Shown piece after piece: positions 1-9,903 of a stretch of 64,000 nucleotides of DNA (the first letter of the stretch is position 1; the number at the start of each line of letters is the position of its first letter). The notes below the pieces were generated by a model, which saw only the letters and a program-made list of their open reading frames with translations, searched no databases and was not told the DNA's origin. A program made the position numbers and the translations under genes. Origin of the DNA: an uncultured Gemmatimonadales bacterium (GTDB lineage Bacteria; Gemmatimonadota; Gemmatimonadetes; Gemmatimonadales; GWC2-71-9). The DNA lies in assembly GCA_963842945.1 (NCBI GenBank), contig CAWJIM010000019.1, positions 288,001-352,000 of the forward strand, written 5' to 3'.

Positions 1-97
1 GCGGAGTCGCCGATTTGGGCGACCATTAGAGCCATCCTGCGAGTCGTTTCGGGAATCGCCCCGCCCTCGCGATCACCGGCTTTTAAGAGGAGGCTTG

Positions 98-370
98 ATG
101 TTGCAGGGAACTATCCGCGAGGCCCGGCTGCGGCCGGAGTTCGCGTCGCTCTACCCCAGCCTCGAGCCCGGTGTTTGGCTCCCTGCCACCACGGTGGGCC
201 AGAAGCTGCTGCTCTGGCATCTAGCCACAGCCGCAACTCCCCAAGGGGAACGATTGATGACCGAGGAGCACTTCGAGTTTCGCGGCGGCGGCACCGCCGA
301 AACCCGCAACGGCGCCCGCACCCGGGCCAGTGACCAGTACCGGATGGAGGACCCGCCCGAGCCCTTCTAA
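98..370 (+). CDS. Small hypothetical protein (~90 aa)
   Basis: Strong RBS (AAGAGGAGG) just upstream of the ATG at 98. Protein-like composition; stop overlaps the convergent radical SAM gene. Confidence 0.7.
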   Translation: MLQGTIREARLRPEFASLYPSLEPGVWLPATTVGQKLLLWHLATAATPQGERLMTEEHFEFRGGGTAETRNGARTRASDQYRMEDPPEPF

Positions 371-1938
371 TTCATCACGGGTCCCCCGAGCTGCACCGGT
401 GCGTTGAGTGCGGGCTCGGTGGTGGCGTGCAGGTAGGCGTTCGGATCGTGGTACAGCGCGCCCTCCGGCAGGAACTCATACAAAGGCCCGAGCTCCTTCC
501 GAATCCGCGCCGCGTAGAACTCCGGCAGGGTATCTGATTCCCCTTCGAAGTAGTCCCGCACCGACCGGTCGGTGTCGAGCAGGCGCCGGATAGTCTGGTG
601 ATAGCGAATCCGGCCAAACCCCTCCGATGAGACCGCCCGAACCACGTTCATCCATTTCGGGATCGCCGTCTGGGTGGCGGGGATGCGGCGGGCAATAGCC
701 TTCCAGGAGAACGAGTAGCGGGTGACGTCCACCAGATGATCGTAGAACTCCGGCCAGGAGTAATTCTTGGGCCGGACGTTCATGGCGTGGTTGTTGTTCA
801 GGAAGTGAAACGGAAAGGGCAGAACCCGTCCGGCGCGCTGATACTCCAGATTCATGGGCGCGGCTCGCCCGAAGGCGGAGAGCAACGAATAGGCCGGAAA
901 CGCGCCGGGCGAGAGGTCGATGAACTTCTTGGTCAGCTCGAACGGCTCCGGCCCCATGTCGCCGTCGAGACCCATGACGAAATTCGTCTGAATGTAGGGG
1001 ATGTAGCGCAGGATCATATTCACGTGCTCAGACACCAGCTTCACCTTGTCCATCCCGGTCCGGCGGGTCTTGGACTTGTTGCCCAGATCGTACCACGACT
1101 CGATGCCCGGCAGGATGGCTCGGAAGCCGTTCTTTTGCAGCCGCTGGAGGTGCTTCTCGTTCAGCAGCGACAGGCTGCTCTCTGCGATGTGCCGGATCCG
1201 CCCCTCGGGCACCGCGGCCTCGACCGCCTCCATGTAGTCGTCGAACCGAACCCCGAAGTTGGGATCGTGCCAGCCGACGATGGGGTTCTTGATCTTGGTC
1301 AGCAGAAACTTGAGGTCATCCCGCAGCCGGTCGAAGCCGAGCGGCTGATAATCGACCGTCGAATCGATGCAGAAGCTGCAGGTGTAAGGGCATCCGAGGC
1401 TGCCGATCATCGGCACCATCTTGATGGTCGGCGCCTTTTTCAGCGTGGCCTCCACGAACTTCCATCGCTCTTCCAGCGCCGGCAGCTCCAGCGGCTGCCG
1501 GGCCGCCGCCACGTGCCGCCCAACCGGCCGATGCGGGGCGCACTCGCGGCAGATCTCGGCAATGGTGGCCCGATCGGTGAAGCCGAGCACGTAGTCAGAG
1601 TACTTGCTGGCATCCTCCGGGTAACAGCGGGCATGGGGACCACCCAGAACGGTGACCGCGCCACGCTTCTGGAAGAAATTGCTCAGCGCATACGCCAGCT
1701 GAGCTGACTGGCTAAAGGCGCCTATGAAGACGAGATCGACTGCGGAAGGCAGCTCCTCCAGCAGGTCCTCCACCCCGGTGTAACACACCACCTGGACCTG
1801 GTGCCCCTCCTGCTCACACCAGACCCCGACGACTTGAGGCATGATGCTGGCCAGGTTGGCGTTCATAACCCGGCCGTACAGCGAAGGATTGGGACTTTTG
1901 GTAACGAGATCGAGAATGCCGATTTGAAGTCGGCGCAT
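367..1938 (-). CDS. B12-binding radical SAM protein
   Basis: CPYTCSFC (CxxxCxxC) motif, preceded by a cobalamin-binding-like domain (VLGGPHA). GIES motif present. Confidence 0.9.
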   Translation of the reverse strand: MRRLQIGILDLVTKSPNPSLYGRVMNANLASIMPQVVGVWCEQEGHQVQVVCYTGVEDLLEELPSAVDLVFIGAFSQSAQLAYALSNFFQKRGAVTVLGGPHARCYPEDASKYSDYVLGFTDRATIAEICRECAPHRPVGRHVAAARQPLELPALEERWKFVEATLKKAPTIKMVPMIGSLGCPYTCSFCIDSTVDYQPLGFDRLRDDLKFLLTKIKNPIVGWHDPNFGVRFDDYMEAVEAAVPEGRIRHIAESSLSLLNEKHLQRLQKNGFRAILPGIESWYDLGNKSKTRRTGMDKVKLVSEHVNMILRYIPYIQTNFVMGLDGDMGPEPFELTKKFIDLSPGAFPAYSLLSAFGRAAPMNLEYQRAGRVLPFPFHFLNNNHAMNVRPKNYSWPEFYDHLVDVTRYSFSWKAIARRIPATQTAIPKWMNVVRAVSSEGFGRIRYHQTIRRLLDTDRSVRDYFEGESDTLPEFYAARIRKELGPLYEFLPEGALYHDPNAYLHATTEPALNAPVQLGGPVMN

Positions 1939-2053
1939 GGGCAGTCCTCATACGGGACGGCCTTTTCCCTGGGAGGCCCTGGTACGTGGGCGCCCGAACC
2001 GAGCGGAAGGACCGAAAAAAGGAACAGCTGCGGGAACGTGTAGGCAAAACTGA

Positions 2054-2995
2054 CTATTTCTGGCGGTTGGAAGATGGTGGAGGGGCCTGTGGATAGCAAG
2101 CTGAAGTTTCCGCGGGGACACACACGCGGAGCGCCGCAGGCCGGACCCGATACTCCAGCGGAGAGGCCAAAGTGACCACCTCGCCGTCCAGCGCCACCTG
2201 GAGCCGCGGCCGGCGGGTCTCGATGGTAGCCTCTTCCACCGTCAGCAGATCCAGCTCCTTCACCTTATCCACCCCTTGTCGAAGCACTTGCCAGGCCAGT
2301 CGCAGCAACCCGATCCGCCGGTCGGCGTTGAGCAGGTACACGGCTATATGCTTTCCAACCAGCGCCTCCCGGGAGCCGGCCTGCAGGCCCTCCATGCGGT
2401 ACTCATTGTTCCCAATGAAGACGAAGGGGGTGCGTCTGACGGTCGACTGGCCATCCACGATGATCCGGACCGCCAGAAATGGGTTCCGCCTGAGCACCAC
2501 CAGGCTGGCCCACAGGGCGGCAACCCACTTCCCCATTCCGGTCGCCTGGTAGCGTTCGCGGAGACGGACGATGGCCGGATAAACCCCCAGGCTCGAGTTG
2601 TTGACGAAAACGCGCCCGTTCACTTCACCGACATCCACCCGACACTCGGTTCCCTCGAGCACTACCCGGGCGGCATCCTCCAGCTCGAGCGGAATTCCCA
2701 GATCCTTGGCAAAATGGTTGAGGGTGCCGAGGGGCAGGACCCCGAGCGGGACATCGCGGTCCACCAGCACCGACGCCGCGGTATTGATGGTGCCGTCGCC
2801 ACCACCCGCCACCAGCACCTCGCATCCGTCCCCAACCGCGCTCTCGATGAAGCTGCGGATCTGGTCGCCACCTCGGGCGACTTTGACTCTTGCCTCCCGC
2901 CCGGCCTCGGCAAAGATCTCCTCGAGCTGCTTGGCCTGGGCCGCGCAATCCCCGGTGCCGGAGGAGTCGTTGAGCACCACGGCAATCCAACCCAT
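2054..2995 (-). CDS. Diacylglycerol kinase family (YegS/DagK-like) lipid kinase
   Basis: AGGGDGT, PLGTLNHFA, DVGEVNG and LDGE motifs. Own ATG at 2995. In frame with the upstream PAP2 ORF as the sequence is given. Confidence 0.85.
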   Translation of the reverse strand: MGWIAVVLNDSSGTGDCAAQAKQLEEIFAEAGREARVKVARGGDQIRSFIESAVGDGCEVLVAGGGDGTINTAASVLVDRDVPLGVLPLGTLNHFAKDLGIPLELEDAARVVLEGTECRVDVGEVNGRVFVNNSSLGVYPAIVRLRERYQATGMGKWVAALWASLVVLRRNPFLAVRIIVDGQSTVRRTPFVFIGNNEYRMEGLQAGSREALVGKHIAVYLLNADRRIGLLRLAWQVLRQGVDKVKELDLLTVEEATIETRRPRLQVALDGEVVTLASPLEYRVRPAALRVCVPAETSACYPQAPPPSSNRQK

Positions 2996-3685
2996 CAGGC
3001 GGACATTCGCCGGTGCTTGCGCCGGGCGGCGATTCGGTCGCCCAACGGCGACGGCCGTCACCCAGACCACCGCCACCGCATAGCCGGCAAATACGTCACT
3101 GGGATAGTGCACCCCGAGGTACACGCGGGAGAAGCCGATGAGCAGGATGAGGGCCAGCGCCAGAACCCAAAGTCCGATCTTGAGAGCCAGGCTCCGGACG
3201 CGGGACGTGGCCAGCACGGTCAGGCCTCCCAGGAAGCTTGCGGCGAAAAAAGCATGGCCACTGGGGAAACTGGCCGAAGCGGGCAGCGGGTAATCGAAGA
3301 ACGGAGCCGGCCGGGTGCGGGCGAAGCCCTGCTTGAGCAGGACGTTGAGCAAACCCGCGCCGGCCAGCGTGATCACCACCAGAAGAGCCCCGCGGTGCCA
3401 GCCATGAATCAGAAACGCGAGAGCCAGGCAGAGCCCGAGCGGGACCAGCCAGGACGGTCCGCCATACAGACTCGCCGCAATCATGATGGCGGTGATCCGA
3501 GGCGACGTGTGAGAATGAATCGTCCGGCGAAAGCCTTCGTCCACCGCCGGGGTGGCTCCGGCTACGATCTCCCGTCCCAGCCAGGAGAAGAGCAGCAACG
3601 CCATGGCAGCGGCAATCAGCCCGGCGATCAGGGTTGCGGTCAGAAGCCGCTGCGATTCCTCCGAAGTGTTAGTTTGCGTCTTCAT
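2995..3685 (-). CDS. PAP2-family membrane phosphatase (fused to the kinase as given, probably through a 1-bp insertion)
   Basis: KQGFARTRP, SFPSGHA and SRVYLGVHYPSD motifs plus multiple TM segments. Removing one base at 3041-3043 ends the ORF at a TGA overlapping the kinase ATG. Confidence 0.8.
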
Positions 3686-3732
3686 CCTTCGTCGGTGGAG
3701 TAACCCGCCGTTCCACGGGCAGGAGCGTCTCC

Positions 3733-3858
3733 ATGCAGGTCATGAGTTTCATCGGGCAGGGCCGACGCGGCATAACCGTCCTCGCGCTGCTCCTCATCAT
3801 CATTGCCGTGATCGTCGCGGCGATTTTCCTGCTCCGCTACCTCCGCCAGCCGGCATGA
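3733..3858 (+). CDS. 41-aa single-TM peptide with a prepilin-like leader
   Basis: AGGAG RBS at 3721-3725. Translates as MQVMSFIGQGRRG-ITVLALLLIIIAVIVAAIFLLRYLRQPA. Below the ORF-track size cutoff. Confidence 0.55.
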   Translation: MQVMSFIGQGRRGITVLALLLIIIAVIVAAIFLLRYLRQPA

Positions 3859-4331
3859 GACGTTTGATCAGCTGAATCTGTCCGGTGTGATAGAGATCGT
3901 GGGCCGCCACGCCATGGATCTCCTCCGCCGCGGTCCAGACTCCGCGGGGTGAGCGGACGGTCAGGGCGGCGGGACTCAGCCCGGCGACGAGCTCCCGGAG
4001 CTTGCGGTGCTCACTCTCCAGGAAGCTGACGTCTCGTTTCCATGCGCTGCTATCGGCCGGCTGCGGAATGTCCGGCCAGTTGCTCGGCCTGCGCTCGAAG
4101 GAGCCCGACCGAATCCCCCGCCAGACGCCGCCGCACGATGTACTTCCAATAGGCGGCGTGGAGCGTCAGCTCCCAGATGTTGTGCCGGTTGGGTCCGGGC
4201 CTCCACAACGCCTCTTCGGCAGTGAGCCCTCTGAGAGAGCCGCGCAGGGTGGTTCCGTGCCAGCTCTTCTGGTCATAGGCCTGATCCATCACCCGCAGCA
4301 GCAGTGCGACCAGCGGATGTGAGGTCCTCAA
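3800..4331 (-). CDS. DinB/YfiT-family protein (frameshifted near 4105)
   Basis: SWHG...HNIWELTLHAAYWK in one frame continues as SFERRPSNWP...HDLYHTGQIQLIKRL after removing one base. TTG start overlaps the upstream gene's stop. Confidence 0.8.
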
Positions 4332-5932
4332 TTCAGACCTCGGGTCGGCGCGCCGAATGCGAATCCCTTGCCTATCGTGATCACCCATCCCGCCTGGTCC
4401 ACGTCATTGGCAAACCGGTGCGCCAGGTCGAAGCGCAACGCCGGCACATCGGTTGATCGACTGGCTCCCAGTCTGAGACCAATGCCCGCGTCCCATCCGG
4501 TTCTGCGGGGCGACCCCGAGTACCAGGCGCCTCCGTAATCCACGAAGCCTGCCAGGCCGAGCCCGGCCAGACCCCAAAGATCATCCACCATGGTGTACCG
4601 GTATTCGGCGGTGCCGAAGAACGACCGGTCCCCGGTAAAGGAATGACTTCCAAAGGCCCGCGGCCCGCTGCCGAGTCCCAGATCGAACTCCTCGCCGGGG
4701 ACCGGATCCTTCAACCACCCGCCTTCGAGGTGGAACACCGCGACGTGGCGAGGCGCGGGTTGCAATACCACGGTGCCGCCGATCTGCACCGTCCCCGAAT
4801 CGAGCCCCACCGAGGTGAAGAGCCCATCGGCAAAGCCATCGAGGTAGCCGAACCCACCAGGAATTCGGCTGCCTACCCGGGCGCTCACTTCCGGACCGAG
4901 CCCATCTTGCTCATACCCGAACAGCCCGGGCGCAACCAGAAGCCCGACCCGGACGGTGGTCCCCAGGTCAACGTCCTCTTCCCGGGCAAAGCCGGCAAAG
5001 CCCTGGGCCACGAGAAACCTCGATCGATTCCAGACCACATAGGATCCGACCGTACCGGTGACGGTTTTGGGGATTGGGTCCGCTGACGATTCCTCGATGC
5101 TGTCGTCTCGCCGAATCTGTCCGGTCAGCCCGAGCCGGAGGTATCCGGTGGTGGCTGCCCGCAGGGCCCAGGCATACGAGGCTCGCGCGAGGGCGAACCG
5201 ACGGCTGAGCGTGTCTCTTGCCAGATCCTCGCCCTCGAAGAACCGGAGCACCCGTGCTTCCTCGTCCACTGCGCTGAGCCGGAACGAGTTAGCCGAGGTG
5301 GTCGAGAAAAAGGGGCGGTCGATCCCAATCCCGGTGAGCCGCCCATCCGACCGGTTCTCGTAGCCCAACTCGAGGCCCACGGTGCCGGCAAAAAGACGGC
5401 GGCGGCGGAAGCCGAGCGCGAAGCTGGAACGGTCGGGATCGTGCCGGTAGCGGATGGCCGCACTGGAAGCAGTCCCGAGAAGATTGGTTTCGATCAAGCC
5501 CAGGGTAAATGCGACCTCTCCTCCCGTGCTCCTGAACCGCCAATCCAGCTGGGTGCTCCAGCCATCTTTGGTGAGGACCTGAACTACCAGGCCTGAGTCG
5601 GTGCGGACCGAATCGATCTGCACCCGACGGAAGATGCCCAGCGCCCGCAGATTCCGCTCGGACTCGGCCACCAGAGCGGAGTCGTACAACTGCCCTGGCC
5701 GCAGGAGCACCTCCCGCCGGATCACCGGCGCCCGGGTCTGGAAGTGAAGCCGGTTGCCCATTCGGGCCAGCCAACTCTGCTCGTTGGGATCGAAAATATC
5801 CCGCCGAATCAGCTGCACCCGGCGGATCACCAGCGTGGAGTCGACCGACGCGGCTGAATCGGCTTTGCTTTGGGCGGCAAGACTGAGCGGGCAGAGAAGC
5901 ACCGCGACCGGCAGAAGGTGCCGAAGGGGCAA
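4328..5932 (-). CDS. Omp85/BamA-TamA family outer-membrane protein
   Basis: Signal peptide, POTRA-like segment (IRREVLLRPG...ESERNLRALGIF), ETNLLGT, and a C-terminal barrel pattern (FVDYGGAW, GIGLRL). Confidence 0.8.
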   Translation of the reverse strand: MPLRHLLPVAVLLCPLSLAAQSKADSAASVDSTLVIRRVQLIRRDIFDPNEQSWLARMGNRLHFQTRAPVIRREVLLRPGQLYDSALVAESERNLRALGIFRRVQIDSVRTDSGLVVQVLTKDGWSTQLDWRFRSTGGEVAFTLGLIETNLLGTASSAAIRYRHDPDRSSFALGFRRRRLFAGTVGLELGYENRSDGRLTGIGIDRPFFSTTSANSFRLSAVDEEARVLRFFEGEDLARDTLSRRFALARASYAWALRAATTGYLRLGLTGQIRRDDSIEESSADPIPKTVTGTVGSYVVWNRSRFLVAQGFAGFAREEDVDLGTTVRVGLLVAPGLFGYEQDGLGPEVSARVGSRIPGGFGYLDGFADGLFTSVGLDSGTVQIGGTVVLQPAPRHVAVFHLEGGWLKDPVPGEEFDLGLGSGPRAFGSHSFTGDRSFFGTAEYRYTMVDDLWGLAGLGLAGFVDYGGAWYSGSPRRTGWDAGIGLRLGASRSTDVPALRFDLAHRFANDVDQAGWVITIGKGFAFGAPTRGLN

Positions 5933-5983
5933 CAGAACTCCAGGTGAAAACGCCGGCAGGCCGAGCCGGAAGATAAGGGGTTG

Positions 5984-6772
5984 CTACTCCACCGCAGCTA
6001 CACTGCCGATGATGCGGTCGGGTTGGACACCGCTCTCCAGGAGCAGGGACTCCCTGAACTTGCCGGTGCGGACCAGCCATCCCTGAAGCCCGGCTCGCTG
6101 CGCACCGGCTACATCGGACCAGAGATCGTCCCCAACCATTGCGGCCGCACGGGAGGGCCCGAGGCCCAAACTCCCCAGCGCAGCCACATAGAACCCCGAG
6201 CTTGGCTTCCCGGCCACGGTAAACTCTCTTCCGGTGGCAAACTCGAGTGCGGCGACAAAGGGCCCCGCGTCGAGAGTCAGACGCTGGTCCTTGAGCCAGT
6301 AGCGGTCCCGGGAGAGCGCAATCGCGGCGGCACCCGCCATGATGTACTCGAATGCCTCCTGAAGAAGGTCGAAGGTCCAGCGCTCGGCCATGTCGCCCAG
6401 CAGGACCGCATCCGGGGGGCTGGCGCTCCGGCGCCGCGACGTGCCTCCGACCAGCTCAATGCCCTTCAGGTCCTCCAAGGCCGGCTCCGGGATGAACGGG
6501 GCGACCCTGGAGAAGTCGGCCGCACGGGCGATCTCCGCACCCGCCAGGGTGGCGGTAAAGACTTCCGGCTCCGAGACATCTATGCCGTAACCAGCCATCC
6601 GTCCAACGATTCCAGCCCGGGACCGACTGGTGGTATTGGTTACCAGGCGAAAAGGGGTCTGGTGTTTCCGCAACCGCCGCAGGGTCTCGGCTGCGCCGGG
6701 TATAGCCGCACCTCCGGCGTACAGAGTGCCATCCAGGTCCAGCAGATAGGCCCGCGGTGTTTCTGGGGTCAC
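5984..6772 (-). CDS. HAD-superfamily class IIA hydrolase
   Basis: DLDGTL, TNTT, GKP and MVGDDLWSDV motifs. Confidence 0.9.
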   Translation of the reverse strand: MTPETPRAYLLDLDGTLYAGGAAIPGAAETLRRLRKHQTPFRLVTNTTSRSRAGIVGRMAGYGIDVSEPEVFTATLAGAEIARAADFSRVAPFIPEPALEDLKGIELVGGTSRRRSASPPDAVLLGDMAERWTFDLLQEAFEYIMAGAAAIALSRDRYWLKDQRLTLDAGPFVAALEFATGREFTVAGKPSSGFYVAALGSLGLGPSRAAAMVGDDLWSDVAGAQRAGLQGWLVRTGKFRESLLLESGVQPDRIIGSVAAVE

Positions 6773-6806
6773 ATTTCCAGCCAGAAGACCTCCTTATATT
6801 CCCAGA

Positions 6807-7511
6807 ATGATCCCCGTACCCCAGCTCCTGGCCCAGGCCGCGCTACTTACCCGGTTGGCCGCCCCCGCCCCATCCCCATACCCCTTCACTGTGGGGGAAA
6901 CCCTCCGCTACGAGGCGAAGTTAGGCTACTTCTCCGTGGGGGTGGCATCGGTCTCAGTGGCTCGTATGGTGAAGGAACGCGGCGCCGATGCATTCGAGTT
7001 CACGGCATCGGGCGAGGGCGGGCCTCCCGGGTGGAGGGTTGCCTACGACCTGACCTCGCACGTGGGGGCGGCAGAGTTTCATTCACTCCGGTTCCACCGC
7101 CGCCTGGTGCAAGCCGGCAAGGTGGACGAGCACGGGTACATCATTATTCCCGACTCGGCCCGGTATCGGGAGGAGGGGGTTCCGGGAGAGTGGATGGCGC
7201 CAGCCGAGCCGCTCGATGAGCTGGCCTTCCTCTACTTTCTCCGGGCCGCTCCGCTCAAGGTCGGCAAGAGCTACAGCCTGCAACGCTATTTCAAGACCGG
7301 GTACAATCCGATACAGGTGCGGGTCACCGGTCGGGAGGCTGTTGCGATGGCCGATGGCAGCAGCGCGAACTGTCTGGCGGTAGAGGTGACATCGCGGGGT
7401 CAGACGATGCGGGCCTGGTTCACCGACGACCAGCGACGCCTCCCAGCTCAGCTGGAGCTGCCTTTGCCATTTGGAAGTGTGACGCTTTCGTTAGTGGGGC
7501 AGCAGGGCTGA
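6807..7511 (+). CDS. DUF3108-like exported protein
   Basis: Signal-like N-terminus, PFTVGETLRY and WFTDDQRRLP patterns that I recognise as typical of this family. Confidence 0.65.
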   Translation: MIPVPQLLAQAALLTRLAAPAPSPYPFTVGETLRYEAKLGYFSVGVASVSVARMVKERGADAFEFTASGEGGPPGWRVAYDLTSHVGAAEFHSLRFHRRLVQAGKVDEHGYIIIPDSARYREEGVPGEWMAPAEPLDELAFLYFLRAAPLKVGKSYSLQRYFKTGYNPIQVRVTGREAVAMADGSSANCLAVEVTSRGQTMRAWFTDDQRRLPAQLELPLPFGSVTLSLVGQQG

Positions 7512-8913
7512 TCAGTACCTTCCCAGATAGTTGTCGATCTCCCACTTGCTCACCTGCAGGTTGTACTGCTGAACTTCCTCGCGTTTGGCTTCCAGGAAAC
7601 GTTCGGTCAGATGGTCGCCTAGAGCGGCCTTGATAACGTCGTCCTTCTCGAACAGTTCCAGCGCCTCGTGCAGGTCACGGGGCAGCTCATCGATCCGGTA
7701 CTTTCGCCGGTCGCGATGGCTCATGGTGAAAATGTTCCGGCTGACCGGCTCCCGCGCTTCCAGCTCCCGCTCGATGCCGTCGAGACCCGCAGCCAGCTGG
7801 ACCGTGAGTGCCAGATAAGGATTGCAGGACGGGTCCGGCATCCGGAGCTCGCAGCGGGTGCCCAATCCCCGCCGGTCCGGTATGCGCACCAAGGGCGAGC
7901 GGTTGCGCATGGACCACGCCACGTTGACCGGAGCCTCGTAGCCCGGCACCAGCCGCTTGTAGCTGTTGATCAGCGGGTTGGTCACCGCGCAGAACCCGCG
8001 CGCGTGCTGCAGCAGTCCCTCGATGTAGCTCAGGGCGGTGGAGGAGAGCTGATACTCTGCCTTGGGATCGAAGAACGCGTTCTCCCGGCCCCGAAAGAGC
8101 GACTGGTGGGTGTGCATGCCGCTCCCGTTGATGCCTTCGATGGGCTTGGGCATGAACGACGCGATGTAGCCGAAGCGGCTCGCGACGTTGCGGACGACGA
8201 ACTTGAAGGTGGTGAGATTGTCGGCCGTGGTGAGCGCGTCGGCGTACCGGAAATCGATCTCATGCTGGCCGGTCGCCACTTCGTGATGGGCAGCCTCCAC
8301 CTCGAAGCCCATTTCGACCAGCTGCTCCACAATGACTCGCCGAATCTCCTCGCCCCGGTCGAGCGGACCCAGGTCGAAATAGGCCGCAGAATCGTGAGTG
8401 ATTGTGGTAGGGCGATCCGTCCGGCGCCTTCTCGAACATGAAGAACTCGGCTTCGCAGCCGGCCATCATGGCAAAGCCGAGCTTCCCCGCCCGTTCAACC
8501 TGACGCTTGAGGGTGGTTCGGGGGCAGCCGGCAAAGGGCTCCTCATCCGGGGTGAAGATGTCGCAGAGTAACCGGGCCACCCGGCCGCCCTCATCATCGT
8601 AGGGGAGAATGCGAAGGGTGTGGAGGTCCGGCTTGAGCAGCATGTCGGATTCTTCGATCCTGACGAACCCCTCGATCGAGGATCCGTCGAACATGATCTC
8701 GCCGTCGAGGGCCTTCTCGAACTGACTGCGGGGGACCTCCACGTTCTTGTTCACGCCCAGGATATCGGTGAATTGCAGCCGCAGAAAATCCACGCCGAAG
8801 CGCTGGGTCAGCTTGAGGACGTCATCCTTTCCGGCGCCGCTCAAGTCGCGCGGAAAGCCTTCGAGGGTAGGACGCGCGGTGGCAGTCGGCTGTCGCTGCG
8901 GTCGCTCGGGCAT
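7512..8913 (-). CDS. glnA: Glutamine synthetase type I family protein (frameshift at ~8411)
   Basis: QFTDILG, FDGSSIEGF, HHEVATGQHEI, FMPKP, NGSGMH and RLVPGYEAP motifs across two ORFs. Removing one G at 8410-8412 joins them (SPTTITHDSAAYFDLGP). Could be a gamma-glutamylpolyamine ligase instead. Confidence 0.85.
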
Positions 8914-8927
8914 CGTCAACAAACAGC

Positions 8928-9062
8928 GTGAAAGGTGGAACAGTGAAGGGTGAACCGGGAAAGGTAAGCGGTAACCGGTAAGCGGTAAGCGGACGCTCAC
9001 CTTACCTCCCGCTCACCGCTCACGCCTTCCCATTCCCGCCTTACCGCCTTACCGCCTTACCG
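8928..9062. repeat. Intergenic short tandem 7/8-mer repeats in inverted arrangement
   Basis: GGTAAGC-like unit x4 at 8963-8990 and GCCTTACC x3 at 9038-9061 (near reverse complements). GTGAA-containing heptamers start at 8928. Confidence 0.75.
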
Positions 9063-9076
9063 ATTACGCTTCGGGC

Positions 9077-9832
9077 ATGACCTGTCCTTCATGCGGCACA
9101 GCCGGCAGCGGAAACTTCTGCAGCTCGTGCGGAGCCAGTCTCACGCCCCGAGCCTGCGCCGCCTGCCGCGCCGAGCTGTCGCCCCAGGCTCGTTTCTGCC
9201 ATCGGTGTGGGCAGCCGGTGAGCGGCAGCGCTCCTTCCATTCCCCCGTCCGAGCGCCGGGCGTGGATGGTTGCCGGAGCGCTCTGCCTGCTGCTGGTGGG
9301 CGGCATCGTGTACAAGGTGTCGAGCGCATCGCCCCAGCCGGTGGCCCCCGATATGGCCAATGCGGGAGCGAGCGGCCCAGGCCGGGCCCCGGACATCAGC
9401 AGCCTGAGTCCGCGCGAGCGATTCGACCGGCTGTTCAACCGGATCATGCAGGCGGCCGAGCGGGGCGACTCGGTCCAGGTGGCCCAGTTTACGCCGATGG
9501 CCCTGGGGGCGTACGAGCAGCTCGATACCCGCGACGTCGACGCCCGATACCACGCGGCGGTCATTCATCTCCAGACCGGGCAGATGCCCGCCGCCGCGGC
9601 CCTGGCCGACACCATCCTGGCCGAATCTCCCGGCCATCTATTCGGATATGTCATCCGGGGCACGGCCGCCCGTATCCAGGGTAATCGTGCCGCGGAGGCT
9701 CGTGCCCAGCGCGAGTTCCTGGCTCACTATCAGAGCGAAATAGACAAGAAGCGGGTGGAATATCTCGAACACGGGCCGGTCCTCGACGAGTTCAAGGCGG
9801 AGGCCCAAACAGGAGTGAACAGTAAACGGTGA
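9077..9832 (+). CDS. Double zinc-ribbon, single-TM protein with helical/TPR-like C-terminus
   Basis: Four CxxC pairs (CPSC, CSSC, CAAC, CHRC), then a TM helix and an alpha-helical domain. Confidence 0.75.
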   Translation: MTCPSCGTAGSGNFCSSCGASLTPRACAACRAELSPQARFCHRCGQPVSGSAPSIPPSERRAWMVAGALCLLLVGGIVYKVSSASPQPVAPDMANAGASGPGRAPDISSLSPRERFDRLFNRIMQAAERGDSVQVAQFTPMALGAYEQLDTRDVDARYHAAVIHLQTGQMPAAAALADTILAESPGHLFGYVIRGTAARIQGNRAAEARAQREFLAHYQSEIDKKRVEYLEHGPVLDEFKAEAQTGVNSKR

Positions 9833-9886
9833 AGGGTGAACGGGAGTCTTAAGTCCCCGTTCGACAGTTTTACCGTTCACCGTCTA
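9814..9886. repeat. Heptamer-repeat inverted hairpin
   Basis: AGTGAAC AGTAAAC GGTGAAG GGTGAAC GGGA ... TCCC C GTTCGAC ... GTTCACC. Confidence 0.65.
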
Positions 9887-9903
9887 CGCCATCTCGGAGC
9901 ACC

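Noticed and set aside
2088..2096. Single DnaA-box-like TGTGGATAG
   Set aside because: It is isolated, inside a coding region, and expected by chance.
7512..8913. glnA as a pseudogene or programmed frameshift
   Set aside because: There is a single indel in a GGG run, all motifs are intact, no slippery heptamer is present, and the same pattern recurs in other genes.
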